This document shows positions 19,946 to 30,097 of a DNA stretch of 64,000 nucleotides, one piece after another; positions within the stretch are counted from its first letter, which is position 1; each line of letters begins with the position of its first letter. The notes beneath the pieces were generated by a model, which did no database searches, was not told where the DNA came from, and was given only the letters and a program-made list of their open reading frames with translations. The position numbers and the translations under genes were made by a program. Source of the DNA: a virus; the IMG/VR virus record IMGVR_UViG_3300008113_000014, positions 32,001-96,000 of that record. One strand, written 5' to 3'.

Positions 19946-21913
19946 TTACTTTAGTAGTGTTCCAACAACAGTGACTGTTGAGGAGTTGTTAGCAGTAGTT
20001 ACTAGAAGTTGTACATTTGATCCGCTGACGCCTGCTGATATAGTCATCGCTGAACCATTTGTTCCAATTGTTCCATACTCTGTTATTGCAATATTGTCAG
20101 CTGTATCAAGTGTTAATAAAACCTTTGATATTTCTGTATGGACTCCATAAGCGGTCTTAACCAAGAACTCTGCTGAACGATAGTCTGCCTTAGCAAAAGC
20201 GTATGCTACATTTGAAGCACTTGCTGTTGGTACAGAAATTGTTGCAGCTACCTGAGTTGCAAGAGAGTTGATATCAACTTCTGTAAAGTTTGGAACAACT
20301 GCTTCAAGAGCAGTTACTGCACGAGCATTTGTGAAGTACTTATTTGTACCTTCTGCAAGGTCAGTTGTTGTAGAATCTGCTACACCGTTTTCTGCGGTAA
20401 TAACAAGACCTGTACCTGAACCAGTGATTGTAATGTTAGTCTTTGTAGCACTAGTCAAAAGATCTGCTGCTGAAGACTTGGCACGAGCATCTGTGAAGTA
20501 TAGGCTTCCTGATTCTGCTACATCAGAAGTAACAAGTGCATCTGCGTGAGCAATTGCAGCTGCTTGTGCAGCGTTAGCCTTTGAAGTAGCGTCAGCTGCT
20601 GCTGTAGAAACTGATGCAGCATCTCCAGAAACTCTTAGTGCTGCTTCTGCAGCAACCTTTGAAGTAGCATCTGCAGCTGCAGTTGATACTGAGGCTGCAT
20701 CTCCAGAAACTCTTAGTGCTGCTTCTGCTGCTACCTTAGATGTTGCATCTGAGGCTGCGGTGCTGACTGATGCAGCATCACCTGATACTCTAAGTGCTGC
20801 TTCTGAAGCAACCTTTGCTGTTGCATCGGCTGATGCTGTTGCCTCTGCTGCTGTCTGGGCTGCGTCTGCTTCTGCCTTAGCAAATGCTGTTGTAGCAATC
20901 TGAGTTGTATCAGTATTTGCTGCTGCAGTCGGTGCTGTTGGTACACCAGTAAGCGCTGGTGAAGCAAGTGGGGCTTTTGTTCCCAAAGCTGTTGTAATAG
21001 TTGTTGTGTAATTAGCGTCATCATTAATTGCTGCTGCTAATTCATTTAATGTATTAAGAAGTGCTGGTGCACCATCAACAAGATTATCTACTGCGGTTCC
21101 AATTGCTGTGTTGCGGTTTGTAACTTCTGTTGCAATTGCTGCTGAGATTGCTGATGCACTTGCTGACGCTGCTGCGTCAATTGCTTCCGTCTTGGCAGTT
21201 GCTACGTTTGCAGTAGTTGCAAGAAGAGCCGTGTTTGCAATTCCATGAACGTTTGTTGTGTCTGATTCGTGTGAAGAAAGTGCTGCTGCAGCTGTTGCCT
21301 CTGCTGCTGCTTGAGCGGCGTTGGCCTTAGATGTTGCATCTGCTGATGCAGTTGCTACTGAGGCTGAGTCGCCTGATACTCTAAGTGCTGCTTCTGCAGC
21401 GACTTTAGATGTAGCGTCTGATGCTGCTGTTGCTTCTGCTGCAGTTTTAGCTGCTGCTGCTGCACCGTATGCGTCATAAGTATTTGCTGTTACAGATACT
21501 GCACCTGTTGAATCATTATATGAAAGACCAGTTCCAACATTGTTTCCAATGGCATCTTGTGCTCTTTCATCTGTGAAGTAAAGGTTTGTTCCTTCTGCAA
21601 GATCTGCAGTGTCATGGTTTGAAAGGCTTGAAACTGTTCCAGTTACGTCACCTGTTACGTTGCCTGTTAAATTACCAGTTACGTTACCTGTTAAGGCTGC
21701 TGTAACTGTTCCTGCTGCAAAGTTACCATTAGCATCACGCTTTACAACTGTGTTTGCAGTGTTAGCAGATGTTGATGTACCGCCAATAAGACCAACTATG
21801 TAGTCTTGATCTGCTTGCTTCTTTGTAAGAATGTCAAAATTGTTGACTGTAGCTGTTGTACCTTCAACAATGAGCCCATTCTTTACCTTAAAGTCTTTAT
21901 TTACTGTTGCCAT
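19946..21913 (-). CDS. Ala-rich fibre protein
   Basis: DLAEGTNLYFTDERA and AEAALRVSGDAASVS repeats; LNTLNELAAA fibre motif. Confidence 0.75.
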   Translation of the reverse strand: MATVNKDFKVKNGLIVEGTTATVNNFDILTKKQADQDYIVGLIGGTSTSANTANTVVKRDANGNFAAGTVTAALTGNVTGNLTGNVTGDVTGTVSSLSNHDTADLAEGTNLYFTDERAQDAIGNNVGTGLSYNDSTGAVSVTANTYDAYGAAAAAKTAAEATAASDATSKVAAEAALRVSGDSASVATASADATSKANAAQAAAEATAAAALSSHESDTTNVHGIANTALLATTANVATAKTEAIDAAASASASAISAAIATEVTNRNTAIGTAVDNLVDGAPALLNTLNELAAAINDDANYTTTITTALGTKAPLASPALTGVPTAPTAAANTDTTQIATTAFAKAEADAAQTAAEATASADATAKVASEAALRVSGDAASVSTAASDATSKVAAEAALRVSGDAASVSTAAADATSKVAAEAALRVSGDAASVSTAAADATSKANAAQAAAIAHADALVTSDVAESGSLYFTDARAKSSAADLLTSATKTNITITGSGTGLVITAENGVADSTTTDLAEGTNKYFTNARAVTALEAVVPNFTEVDINSLATQVAATISVPTASASNVAYAFAKADYRSAEFLVKTAYGVHTEISKVLLTLDTADNIAITEYGTIGTNGSAMTISAGVSGSNVQLLVTTANNSSTVTVVGTLLK

Positions 21914-21931
21914 TTCTTATCTCCTTGTTGG

Positions 21932-22378
21932 TTAAGCCTTTAAACCCATACGAGCAAATCGTACGGTTATAGGCGTAATACCCACCACTGGCGTTACAGA
22001 AATATTTACTGTATCCGCCACCCTAGAGACGCTAATGGTGCCAATGTTCCCATCGTTGTCTATTGTTCCATATTCGCTGACGTTTACATTTGTACCGTCA
22101 ACAAGTATTGTTAATTCTGTTGCATAAAATTTATTATCTCCAGCAGATGTCTTCTTTATAGAGATTAAGTATTTAACCATTCTCCAGACTGTACCGTCAA
22201 AGTTGTCAATTACTGTTGCATTCTGAATGTCTGAAATAGTATTTTCATTGTTACCAGAAGTACCTAGGTCTGTTGCCTGTGCTGCTGTTGAATCAATTAG
22301 GTTTTCGTAGTCCGTTTGTGATGGACGATCACCTGTTTGAAATGTGGTTTTTACTGTGCTAAGCGGTAGTCTGGACAT
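21932..22378 (-). CDS. Virion accessory protein
   Basis: C-terminal SEYGTI segment resembles the C-terminus of the 655-aa fibre. Confidence 0.6.
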   Translation of the reverse strand: MSRLPLSTVKTTFQTGDRPSQTDYENLIDSTAAQATDLGTSGNNENTISDIQNATVIDNFDGTVWRMVKYLISIKKTSAGDNKFYATELTILVDGTNVNVSEYGTIDNDGNIGTISVSRVADTVNISVTPVVGITPITVRFARMGLKA

Positions 22379-22401
22379 ATGCCCATTATATCATATTTAT
22401 A

Positions 22402-22626
22402 TCAAAGTATATAGTTACTAAAGCCAATAATTTGCAACGGGATTGGTACAACAGTAGATAAACCACTAGCCTCAATCCGTATTGCTGTTAATCTAATTCT
22501 AAAGGGTAAAACAGAGTTAATTGTAACATTTTTACTTGGTGCCCTGACAGATGCTTTTATTGAAAGATCTTGTTCAATTCTTTTTGTAAATACTGGCTGC
22601 TTGTCATAAATCTTAACATTAGCCAT
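22402..22626 (-). CDS. Hypothetical protein
   Basis: ORF coupled to the upstream stop. Confidence 0.55.
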   Translation of the reverse strand: MANVKIYDKQPVFTKRIEQDLSIKASVRAPSKNVTINSVLPFRIRLTAIRIEASGLSTVVPIPLQIIGFSNYIL

Positions 22627-23039
22627 TATGCAGTCACATCTTCAAGGACAATAAGTTTGCCTTGAGCTACCGTCCAAACTATTGCATCTTGCGGTAAAGA
22701 AACCTCAATATCAAAAATATCATTTGTTCGTAGTGTTGCAGTTTGTGCTGGTGATAATGAAACAGTAAACTCACCATCTAGATCATCTGCATCTTGAATT
22801 GGAACTAAGGTTAAAAGAAGTGTTGCTGTGTCTGTTATTTCTCCAGGAACAACTGGTGTTGTAGTAGGACGCTTGATCTGCATAGAAATATTCCAGTCAG
22901 GAATTTCCAATGGTACTTTTGCATCATCTGTTAAATAAACCTTAAATGCTGCACTATCTCCCTTGACAAAAGTCCAATTAACGAATGGTGGAGCTTCTCC
23001 AATATCGTATGTAGACGCTTGTCCTCTATATGTAGCCAT
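22626..23039 (-). CDS. Fibre adaptor-like (BppU-N-like) protein
   Basis: WTFVKGDS...FDIEV pattern, similar to 33553..33954 and 50381..50731. Start MATYRG is 7 nt after TGGTATAAT. Confidence 0.6.
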   Translation of the reverse strand: MATYRGQASTYDIGEAPPFVNWTFVKGDSAAFKVYLTDDAKVPLEIPDWNISMQIKRPTTTPVVPGEITDTATLLLTLVPIQDADDLDGEFTVSLSPAQTATLRTNDIFDIEVSLPQDAIVWTVAQGKLIVLEDVTA

Positions 23040-23191
23040 TTTTATATTATACCACGATGAAAATAAGAAATTAAGAGATTTAAAATAATTTAAATAAATA
23101 TCACAAAAACTTGCTTTTTGGGGAATTTGGATGCTATACTTAGAGAGTGCTACCAACTGGTAGCATCTTTAGTCTCTAGGAGGTTATTATT

Positions 23192-23764
23192 ATGAGAAGA
23201 GATAAGAAGGTTTGGATTGGAATCCTTGCACTACTTGGGTTGGTTGCTCCTTTGAGTAATTCAGCCAATGCTTTAAATACCGAAAATAATCTAAGTAAAA
23301 CAGAAGTTCTTGCTATGCCAACCGCCAAAGCGGTTTTTTTGCTTTCTAAGCCTAAAAGTCTGGTAGCAGTAAAAAAAGACTTAAACGTTCTGCACAAGTA
23401 TCAAGATGCCATTAGTCTGACAGATCGTCAACTAAAGGAACTTCTTCATGCCGTTGGTTTCCGTGGAGAGGGCCTTGTAAAAGCTTGGGCGGTAGCTAAG
23501 AAAGAATCTAATGGTCGTCCAATGGCTTTTAATGGTAATGAAAAGACTGGGGACAATTCTTATGGTATATTCCAGATAAATATGATTGGAATGCTAAAGG
23601 ATGGTCGCAAAGAAAAGTTTGGCATTAACTTTAACAGTGAATTGTTAAACCCTGTTATTAATGCACAGGTTGCCTATCATATGAGTAATGGTGGTAAAGA
23701 TTGGTCTGCTTGGCATGGAATAACGCCAAAGACTAAGGTTTGGATGAAGAAGTTTCCTATTTAA
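23192..23764 (+). CDS. Secreted lysozyme-like/lytic transglycosylase
   Basis: Signal peptide; AKKESNG catalytic Glu, SYGIFQIN and WSAW motifs; AGGAGG RBS. Confidence 0.8.
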   Translation: MRRDKKVWIGILALLGLVAPLSNSANALNTENNLSKTEVLAMPTAKAVFLLSKPKSLVAVKKDLNVLHKYQDAISLTDRQLKELLHAVGFRGEGLVKAWAVAKKESNGRPMAFNGNEKTGDNSYGIFQINMIGMLKDGRKEKFGINFNSELLNPVINAQVAYHMSNGGKDWSAWHGITPKTKVWMKKFPI

Positions 23765-24348
23765 AAAGGAAGATCTTTATTTAACGTTACTGGGTATTCG
23801 TCATTACCCCTCATAAAGATAGTTGAAAAATATCTTGTAGTATCATTTAGGACTGGTAATGAGCCATGCAGTATTTCTCCTCCGTGAATAAGGGCAGATC
23901 CTGCTTTTGGTTTAATTGTTATTCCTAATTCTGGATAGTCAATCTCTCCACCAAGATAGTCATTATTATAGTAAATTACGATGCCGTATCCAAGATAATA
24001 CCCTTGTGGGGTTGTGTCATTATCACGATGCTGACCAATTGCTTCTTCCTCTTTAAATCTAGATATTTTTATTTCTTTTTCACAGTAATAATATGATGGG
24101 AATATGTAATCAACTTTATCAAAAATAGCAGTCTTGCAAAATTCATTATTTTCACCAAGGAATAAGCTTTTGCCATACCAAAAATCATTCTCATCACCAA
24201 TATAGTTTTTGTCATGCCATTGATCTTCAGTTGCTTGATTAATAATAGCCAAAATTGACTCTAGCTCTAAAGAATCTAAAAAGTTTTCAATTTCATAAAC
24301 ATCTTCAGCAAGTTTGTTAATTTTAAAATTATACATAGGGCTAACCAA
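23761..24348 (-). CDS. 2OG-Fe(II) oxygenase (prolyl-hydroxylase-like)
   Basis: HRD...YYNNDYLGGE...HGS...R. Confidence 0.88.
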   Translation of the reverse strand: MVSPMYNFKINKLAEDVYEIENFLDSLELESILAIINQATEDQWHDKNYIGDENDFWYGKSLFLGENNEFCKTAIFDKVDYIFPSYYYCEKEIKISRFKEEEAIGQHRDNDTTPQGYYLGYGIVIYYNNDYLGGEIDYPELGITIKPKAGSALIHGGEILHGSLPVLNDTTRYFSTIFMRGNDEYPVTLNKDLPF

Positions 24349-25009
24349 ATTTACTACTATTAATATGATTTAGCTCAATATGATTAATGTTAACATGGCT
24401 TGGTAGATCAGATACCCAGCGAATGCACTCTGCCATATCCTCAGCGGTAATAGCACTATCACGTCTTTCTTCTTGTGTATCAATTGTGCCTGGACAAATT
24501 TCAGTTATTTTAATACCATATTGAGGAAATTCTAGCCTCATTGTATCTACCAATGCCATCTGACCTCTTTTAGCATTAATGTAATTGCCTCCAGAACGGT
24601 ACGGAACCTTACCACCCAATGAGCTAACAAAAATAATGGTTGGGTTAGTGGACTTTTCCATTGCTGGTACAAATAACTGAGAAATATACATTGGCCCTGT
24701 TACATTAATATCATATGCAATTCTAAAGTTTGCTGGTGTTTCATTAATAATCATTGTTGGACTAGATCCACCACCTGCATTATTAACTAGCAAGTCTAAA
24801 GTGATGTCTTTATATTTTTCAGCAAATAGTTTTATTTGGTCAGAGTCTGTAACATCTATCTGATAAATTTCAACATTGTCTGAAACAAGGTCTAACATTT
24901 TAGAGATATTTCTTGATGCTGCGATTACCTTGTATCCACTTTTTTCAAGAAGCTTTACGGTTGCTCTTCCAACACCCTTGCTTGCTCCAGTAACTATTGC
25001 TGTTTTCAA
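24341..25009 (-). CDS. Short-chain dehydrogenase/reductase
   Basis: TGASKGVG, NNAG, SS and YINAK catalytic motifs. Confidence 0.92.
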   Translation of the reverse strand: MKTAIVTGASKGVGRATVKLLEKSGYKVIAASRNISKMLDLVSDNVEIYQIDVTDSDQIKLFAEKYKDITLDLLVNNAGGGSSPTMIINETPANFRIAYDINVTGPMYISQLFVPAMEKSTNPTIIFVSSLGGKVPYRSGGNYINAKRGQMALVDTMRLEFPQYGIKITEICPGTIDTQEERRDSAITAEDMAECIRWVSDLPSHVNINHIELNHINSSKFG

Positions 25010-25741
25010 TTACATGCTCTGACTAGAATTAAGGCTCATGTGGTTATGAATCCAGTGACCAGGAACCATAAACTTATACCCAGACTTAACTACGTGTGCT
25101 GTGTGAAAGTATGGAGCGTATGCTGGAAATATAACAACGCTATTTGCTTTAGGTTTTAAACCAAAATCAATAGATTTATCAGCAACTGCAACATCATAGT
25201 CTAAGTCTACTGCTGGAGCACCTCTTACCCATCCATCAGAACTTGTCCATCCTCCATCATAATCTTTTAGCTGGAAAGAGATTTCTCCACCCTCACAGTC
25301 ATCATTGAGGTACATGACTAAAGAATATCTTAGGGTTTGGTCTCCATCTAATTGATCAAAGTGTGCCCCCATGCCCATTCCAGTATTATATTTTTTTATA
25401 TTAAAGGTTGGAAAAAGCCTTGGCTCATCAAAATCCCCCAAAGAAGATGCGTAGTCTTTGCAAACATTGTACATCGTAGTCATAATAGCGTCATATATAT
25501 ATTTACTTTTTTCTGCTACTTCTCCACTAAGGTTGTTTATTGCGTTTACGTCAAATGTTTTTGTTTCTCCATAAATAAAAGTTTTGTCGTTAGAAGATGT
25601 CCAAGGGTTCCAAACATTTACACCTAACTCACTGTATTGCTCAAGAGTATCTAGATCTTTCCAAACCTTTTTAAAGGTATCAAAATCTTCTATTGCATCA
25701 GTATAGTAATAAGTTTTTGGATCTAGTTTTTCTACGTTCAC
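25010..25741 (-). CDS. 2OG-Fe(II) oxygenase
   Basis: HFD...YLNDDCEGGE...HTA...K. Confidence 0.88.
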   Translation of the reverse strand: MNVEKLDPKTYYYTDAIEDFDTFKKVWKDLDTLEQYSELGVNVWNPWTSSNDKTFIYGETKTFDVNAINNLSGEVAEKSKYIYDAIMTTMYNVCKDYASSLGDFDEPRLFPTFNIKKYNTGMGMGAHFDQLDGDQTLRYSLVMYLNDDCEGGEISFQLKDYDGGWTSSDGWVRGAPAVDLDYDVAVADKSIDFGLKPKANSVVIFPAYAPYFHTAHVVKSGYKFMVPGHWIHNHMSLNSSQSM

Positions 25742-25750
25742 CTGTTCTCC

Positions 25751-26422
25751 TTAGTATTTGTTGTTTTCATAGTGGTTTTTTTCTTTAATAAATCCTACTA
25801 TAACATATCTTATTGGTCCTTCTCCAACATGCTTTACTCCATGCTCGTGCTTATTGTCCCCTGGAAAAAACAACAAGTCTTTTGGCTTTGGTCTTAATGA
25901 TATTCCAAGATTTGGAAAGAACAGCTCTCCTTCTACATAGTCATCATTTATATATATAATTGTTGCATATTTTATTGATGGGTCTGTATGCTGATCTGTA
26001 TGAGATTTTAGTTCAACTCCTTTTTGCATTCTTTGAATTGTTGCTAATCCACTTAACATTAATAAAGGATCTGAATCATCAACCATTGTTGATAATCTTT
26101 TATAAAAAACTTGCTGCTCTTTATGATGCTTTATGTTTAAATTTTTATCTGCCCAGTTTTGTGTGATTTCAAATTTTCCTTCAGCAACAAGGTTGTCTAC
26201 ATCATCTCTTCCAAACTTTTCCATACAAAATCTAGCAAGATTTGTTGTATATTCTATTTCCCAGTCTGCTTGTGATGCATTATCTATGCATTTTAAAACA
26301 AAGTCTAGATCTTCATTTGTAAAAAAATCTTTAATCCAAAGAATTTCATCTGTAACTTCTTCAAATACAAAATTATTTTCTTTAAGTTTTTCTTTAAACT
26401 TTTCAAGCATTTGGCACCTCAT
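25751..26422 (-). CDS. 2OG-Fe(II) oxygenase
   Basis: HTD...YINDDYVEGE...HGV...RY; true start probably the ML at 26410. Confidence 0.88.
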   Translation of the reverse strand: MRCQMLEKFKEKLKENNFVFEEVTDEILWIKDFFTNEDLDFVLKCIDNASQADWEIEYTTNLARFCMEKFGRDDVDNLVAEGKFEITQNWADKNLNIKHHKEQQVFYKRLSTMVDDSDPLLMLSGLATIQRMQKGVELKSHTDQHTDPSIKYATIIYINDDYVEGELFFPNLGISLRPKPKDLLFFPGDNKHEHGVKHVGEGPIRYVIVGFIKEKNHYENNKY

Positions 26423-27158
26423 TAGAGTTATACTTATTTCCGTCCTTGTCTAGCTTCCAGCCTTGCTTAAGCAATTCTTGCCATTCTGCTCTTTCAATTT
26501 CTTGTTTTGCTCTAGTTTCTTTCATTTCTGCAGCCCAGGCATCTCTTAATTCTTGTGGGTATGCATCTTCTTCTCTGTCGTCCCAAAAAGAACCAATTGT
26601 ATATCTAACTCCCTTAGTAATAAGGCTTACCTCGTGCATGTTATTAAATCCACCATCAAAAGCAGCAAGCATTCCAACTTTAGGTTGTAGACTTATCTCT
26701 TGATCTGGGAACTGTAACATTCCACCATCAAAGTCATCGTTCAAATATAAGAATGCTGCATATCTACTTCTTGTAAATGCACCAGAGTGTCCGTGTTCGT
26801 CTGTGTTGTCAGAGTGTTTTCTTGCATACGCTCCTGGCTCCCACTTTTGTGTGTGATAACCAATTTGAGAAATTATTTTTGGATCAAGGTCGTGAACGCT
26901 TGCAACTGCATCAATAATTCCTTGTTTTATTTGTGAAAATATGTCACTTGGCAATCCTTCATTCTTTACATGCTCGTCGTCATCTTGTGGTAAAACAGAA
27001 GAGTATGATTCATAAAAAGATATAGGCATCCAGGTAATCAATTCAAGTTCTGCATGCTTGTCTAAAACTTTTACAAGTTTAGCAGCAGTTTCTGAATCAA
27101 TAAAGTTTTCATAAACAACAATGTCTTTTGTTATTCTAGTTTTATTGGTTAAGTTCAT
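26403..27158 (-). CDS. 2OG-Fe(II) oxygenase
   Basis: HSD...YLNDDFDGG...HEV...RYT. Confidence 0.88.
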   Translation of the reverse strand: MNLTNKTRITKDIVVYENFIDSETAAKLVKVLDKHAELELITWMPISFYESYSSVLPQDDDEHVKNEGLPSDIFSQIKQGIIDAVASVHDLDPKIISQIGYHTQKWEPGAYARKHSDNTDEHGHSGAFTRSRYAAFLYLNDDFDGGMLQFPDQEISLQPKVGMLAAFDGGFNNMHEVSLITKGVRYTIGSFWDDREEDAYPQELRDAWAAEMKETRAKQEIERAEWQELLKQGWKLDKDGNKYNSNEVPNA

Positions 27159-28027
27159 TTTATTCTCACAGCTCCCTCTATCTCATTTCTTTGTGGGTTG
27201 TCTATTCTAAACTGCTCGTTCAGCTTTGGTTGCATGCTAGACCAAACATCTTTTCCAAATTCTTTTTCTTTCTCATACCATTCATCTGTTCCTTTTTGAT
27301 ATTTTTGCCAATACATTCTTGCTAAAAATTTGTTTTTGTTATAAGACGGCATAACCCCATGTAAGTATGGTTTGTCATCCTCTGTTAAGTAATCTGGGTG
27401 TCCTGATGGAAAAACTAAAAGATCTCCAGCTTCTGGCTTGTACTTAACAAGTTTGTCTCCCATAGCAAAGTCAATTTCTCCACCTTCATAGTCATCATTA
27501 AAATAAATTGTACATGTTATTATAAACTTATATCCTGGAGCAGATCCTTGCTCTCTCATATAGTCTGAATGATATCTCATTCCATGTTGTTCTTCTTCGT
27601 TGCTGATATGATACTTTCCTATTGTTCCACCTGTCCATCTCCAGGTTGGAATAAGATCGCCTGATTCGTCTATGGACAATGACTCTAAATCTACATCAAT
27701 GTTATATTTTTTAATATAGTCTTCTGTAACTAAATGAAAGTTTTTCATCATTTCTATACCAAATTGTTTTTGGTTTTCTTCAATTTCTGTTTTTGTTTCA
27801 ATGCTTTCTAAACCTCCATCTTTATAATCCATAGAAAAAGAAGGTGTCATTGGATTTAAATATTCTCCAAAAATAGACCACTTTGTCCAAGGATTAAAAA
27901 GTCTATCTTCTGACTCTATTAAAGAATCTGTTAAAACCTTATAAGATTTTGAAATATCTTTAAACATGTTTTTATAAACAAGAATATGTGGATATATCTC
28001 TACAGATTCAAGAGCTGGAGTAGTCAT
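27155..28027 (-). CDS. 2OG-Fe(II) oxygenase
   Basis: HSD...YFNDDYEGGE...HGV...K. Confidence 0.88.
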   Translation of the reverse strand: MTTPALESVEIYPHILVYKNMFKDISKSYKVLTDSLIESEDRLFNPWTKWSIFGEYLNPMTPSFSMDYKDGGLESIETKTEIEENQKQFGIEMMKNFHLVTEDYIKKYNIDVDLESLSIDESGDLIPTWRWTGGTIGKYHISNEEEQHGMRYHSDYMREQGSAPGYKFIITCTIYFNDDYEGGEIDFAMGDKLVKYKPEAGDLLVFPSGHPDYLTEDDKPYLHGVMPSYNKNKFLARMYWQKYQKGTDEWYEKEKEFGKDVWSSMQPKLNEQFRIDNPQRNEIEGAVRIK

Positions 28028-28702
28028 TTATGGTTTCCTGTCTCCAGTGTGCTCTGTAATTTCCCAGAAAAATGGGCATGTAAATCTTAATCCACTCTTT
28101 ATCTCAGTCACTCCGTGAATATAGTTTTTGTCTCCTGGGAAGAAGTAAGCTGCACCTTTTTTTGGTTTAAACTGTACACCTTGTAGTGGGAAATACAGTT
28201 CTCCTCCCTCATAGTCTTCATTTAAATAGAACAAACTAGATAAATCATAATTAGGAAAATCGTTTGGAAGTCCAGCGTCTGGGCCATCGTGAAGTTCTTT
28301 GTCTGCGTGAGGTTTTTGAAATTGTCCTGGAAGCCACTTTACTATAGTGGTACCTGTAGGGATAACCTTTACTTTGTAAAACTCTTCTACTATTGGTTGT
28401 AGTCTTTGAAATAGTCCAGCAATGACTGGGGAAATGTTTGGATCGTTTTTATCTAGGCTTGGTTGAGTTGCTACTCTATCTTTCCAATAATCAGAATCAT
28501 AAACAACCGTTCCATTTTCATTAACATGACTTTGTGTTACATCCCAAATTGTCAAAGATTTTGCAGATTTTTCTAAAAACTCTATTTCTTCTTGAGTCAT
28601 AAAGTTTTCTAGCTCAACGATCATGTCTTTGCTATCACCAAACCAGCCAGATGGTGTGAGTGAAGCCTTTCTAACTACAACAGAAGCATCCATTTTATCC
28701 AT
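28028..28702 (-). CDS. 2OG-Fe(II) oxygenase
   Basis: HAD...YLNEDYEGGE...HGV...RFT. Confidence 0.88.
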   Translation of the reverse strand: MDKMDASVVVRKASLTPSGWFGDSKDMIVELENFMTQEEIEFLEKSAKSLTIWDVTQSHVNENGTVVYDSDYWKDRVATQPSLDKNDPNISPVIAGLFQRLQPIVEEFYKVKVIPTGTTIVKWLPGQFQKPHADKELHDGPDAGLPNDFPNYDLSSLFYLNEDYEGGELYFPLQGVQFKPKKGAAYFFPGDKNYIHGVTEIKSGLRFTCPFFWEITEHTGDRKP

Positions 28703-28704
28703 AA

Positions 28705-29433
28705 TTAGATTATACCATTTCCCTTGTTTGATGTATTATCAGTAACAGAAAGACGTAAAACCTTAGTTTCGTGAGAACCCGTACTTTCACCTTTTTCATT
28801 TACTGCATCTCTATACCAGTCAGTCCATTGTCCAGACTTGTTGATTTCTTGTGCAGCTTCACCATACGACTGATGAGCCATCTGCCTTTTTCTATCTACA
28901 TCTGAATAATCAATTATTTGAATTGATGTATTGTCCATTGCCGTCAAAGAAATTGGAATTATTGTAGCAATTGGGGTTCCTGCTTTTATAGTAATTTCCT
29001 TGTTTGCAGATCTTGCTTTAATTGCTAATGGAAAACCAGTATCAAGCCAAGATGTAGATATTAAAGATGACATTGTTTCAAAATCATCATTAAAGTAATT
29101 AACTGGATTAATTGTAAGCATGCTAACGTTTTGCTCAGATCTAAAAGTTAGGCCAGTATGTAGGCTAACTGTAGACTGCCCTCTTCCAGTATATGTAAAG
29201 TCTGAACCTTCTAGTATAGTTACATTCTCTGAACTTGTATCATTTATACCGTTCCAAATAAACTTAATGTCTTCAGTACATGAAAGACTCCAGCCAACCA
29301 TATTCGCTTGTGTAACTGGAAAACATCTATAGGCATGCTTTTCTGGAGTTACATCCATCCAATCTCTTTTAATTGACATTGGAGAAAGTATGATTTTTGA
29401 ATCTGGAAATCTTTCAGCTGATATATTAAGCAT
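28705..29433 (-). CDS. DUF6065-like protein
   Basis: RDWMD...HAYRCFPVTQAN..GW and AGTPIATIIP motifs. Confidence 0.7.
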   Translation of the reverse strand: MLNISAERFPDSKIILSPMSIKRDWMDVTPEKHAYRCFPVTQANMVGWSLSCTEDIKFIWNGINDTSSENVTILEGSDFTYTGRGQSTVSLHTGLTFRSEQNVSMLTINPVNYFNDDFETMSSLISTSWLDTGFPLAIKARSANKEITIKAGTPIATIIPISLTAMDNTSIQIIDYSDVDRKRQMAHQSYGEAAQEINKSGQWTDWYRDAVNEKGESTGSHETKVLRLSVTDNTSNKGNGII

Positions 29434-30089
29434 TAGTCTTTGTCTACCATATACATTTCGTTAGTGTGAAACTTTTTGTTATAATCAAGCATTGTTACAA
29501 TAGAATACTTTGTTCCTGAAATAACTGGCATTGCACGATGAGGATACATGAAGTTTGATGGAAAAATAAATAAATCTCCTGCATCTGCCTTAATGTCTAG
29601 GTTCTGGAGTCTAAAGAAAAGTGAACCGCCTTCATAGTCATCATTTGGGTATGCAACAAGTGACACTGTGCAGTTATAAGAAAAACCATGATCATGGTGT
29701 TCTTGAAAGTGTTGTCCTGGTCCATATTTAATAAAATTAAAAGCTTCCCAATACTTTAAATCCATTATGTTGTAGTCTTTTCTGTAATCATCAACACATG
29801 GAGACTTAACATCATATAGATCTTGCCAAAGCTCTTGTAGTTTTATTGAGTCTGGTGTTTTGTTTTGTTCAATATCAGTTTTCTTATACTTAAAATCTAC
29901 ACAGTCTCTGTAGTCTGGAATTAGCTGCTGGTATCCAACATATGCTGGTTGCCAAGTAAATTGTTCTTTTGAACCTAGTGGCTTTACAACAGATTCAATT
30001 CTGTTTATCACATCAATATCTTTATTAATGACACCTTTATAGCATACAATACCATTACCATAGTTAACCTTTTCTGTCCAAGTTTGCAT
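29433..30089 (-). CDS. 2OG-Fe(II) oxygenase
   Basis: HHD...NDDYEGG...FPSNFMYPH...KYS. Confidence 0.88.
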   Translation of the reverse strand: MQTWTEKVNYGNGIVCYKGVINKDIDVINRIESVVKPLGSKEQFTWQPAYVGYQQLIPDYRDCVDFKYKKTDIEQNKTPDSIKLQELWQDLYDVKSPCVDDYRKDYNIMDLKYWEAFNFIKYGPGQHFQEHHDHGFSYNCTVSLVAYPNDDYEGGSLFFRLQNLDIKADAGDLFIFPSNFMYPHRAMPVISGTKYSIVTMLDYNKKFHTNEMYMVDKD

Positions 30090-30097
30090 TTTTCTCC

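Noticed and set aside
17286-21803. Plus-strand ORFs over the fibre genes
   Set aside because: Antisense shadows of Ala/Thr-rich repeats.
23140-23190. Riboswitch (e.g. c-di-AMP) before the lysozyme-like gene
   Set aside because: Only a short hairpin (TGCTACCA/TGGTAGCA) in a ~45-nt leader; no riboswitch consensus.
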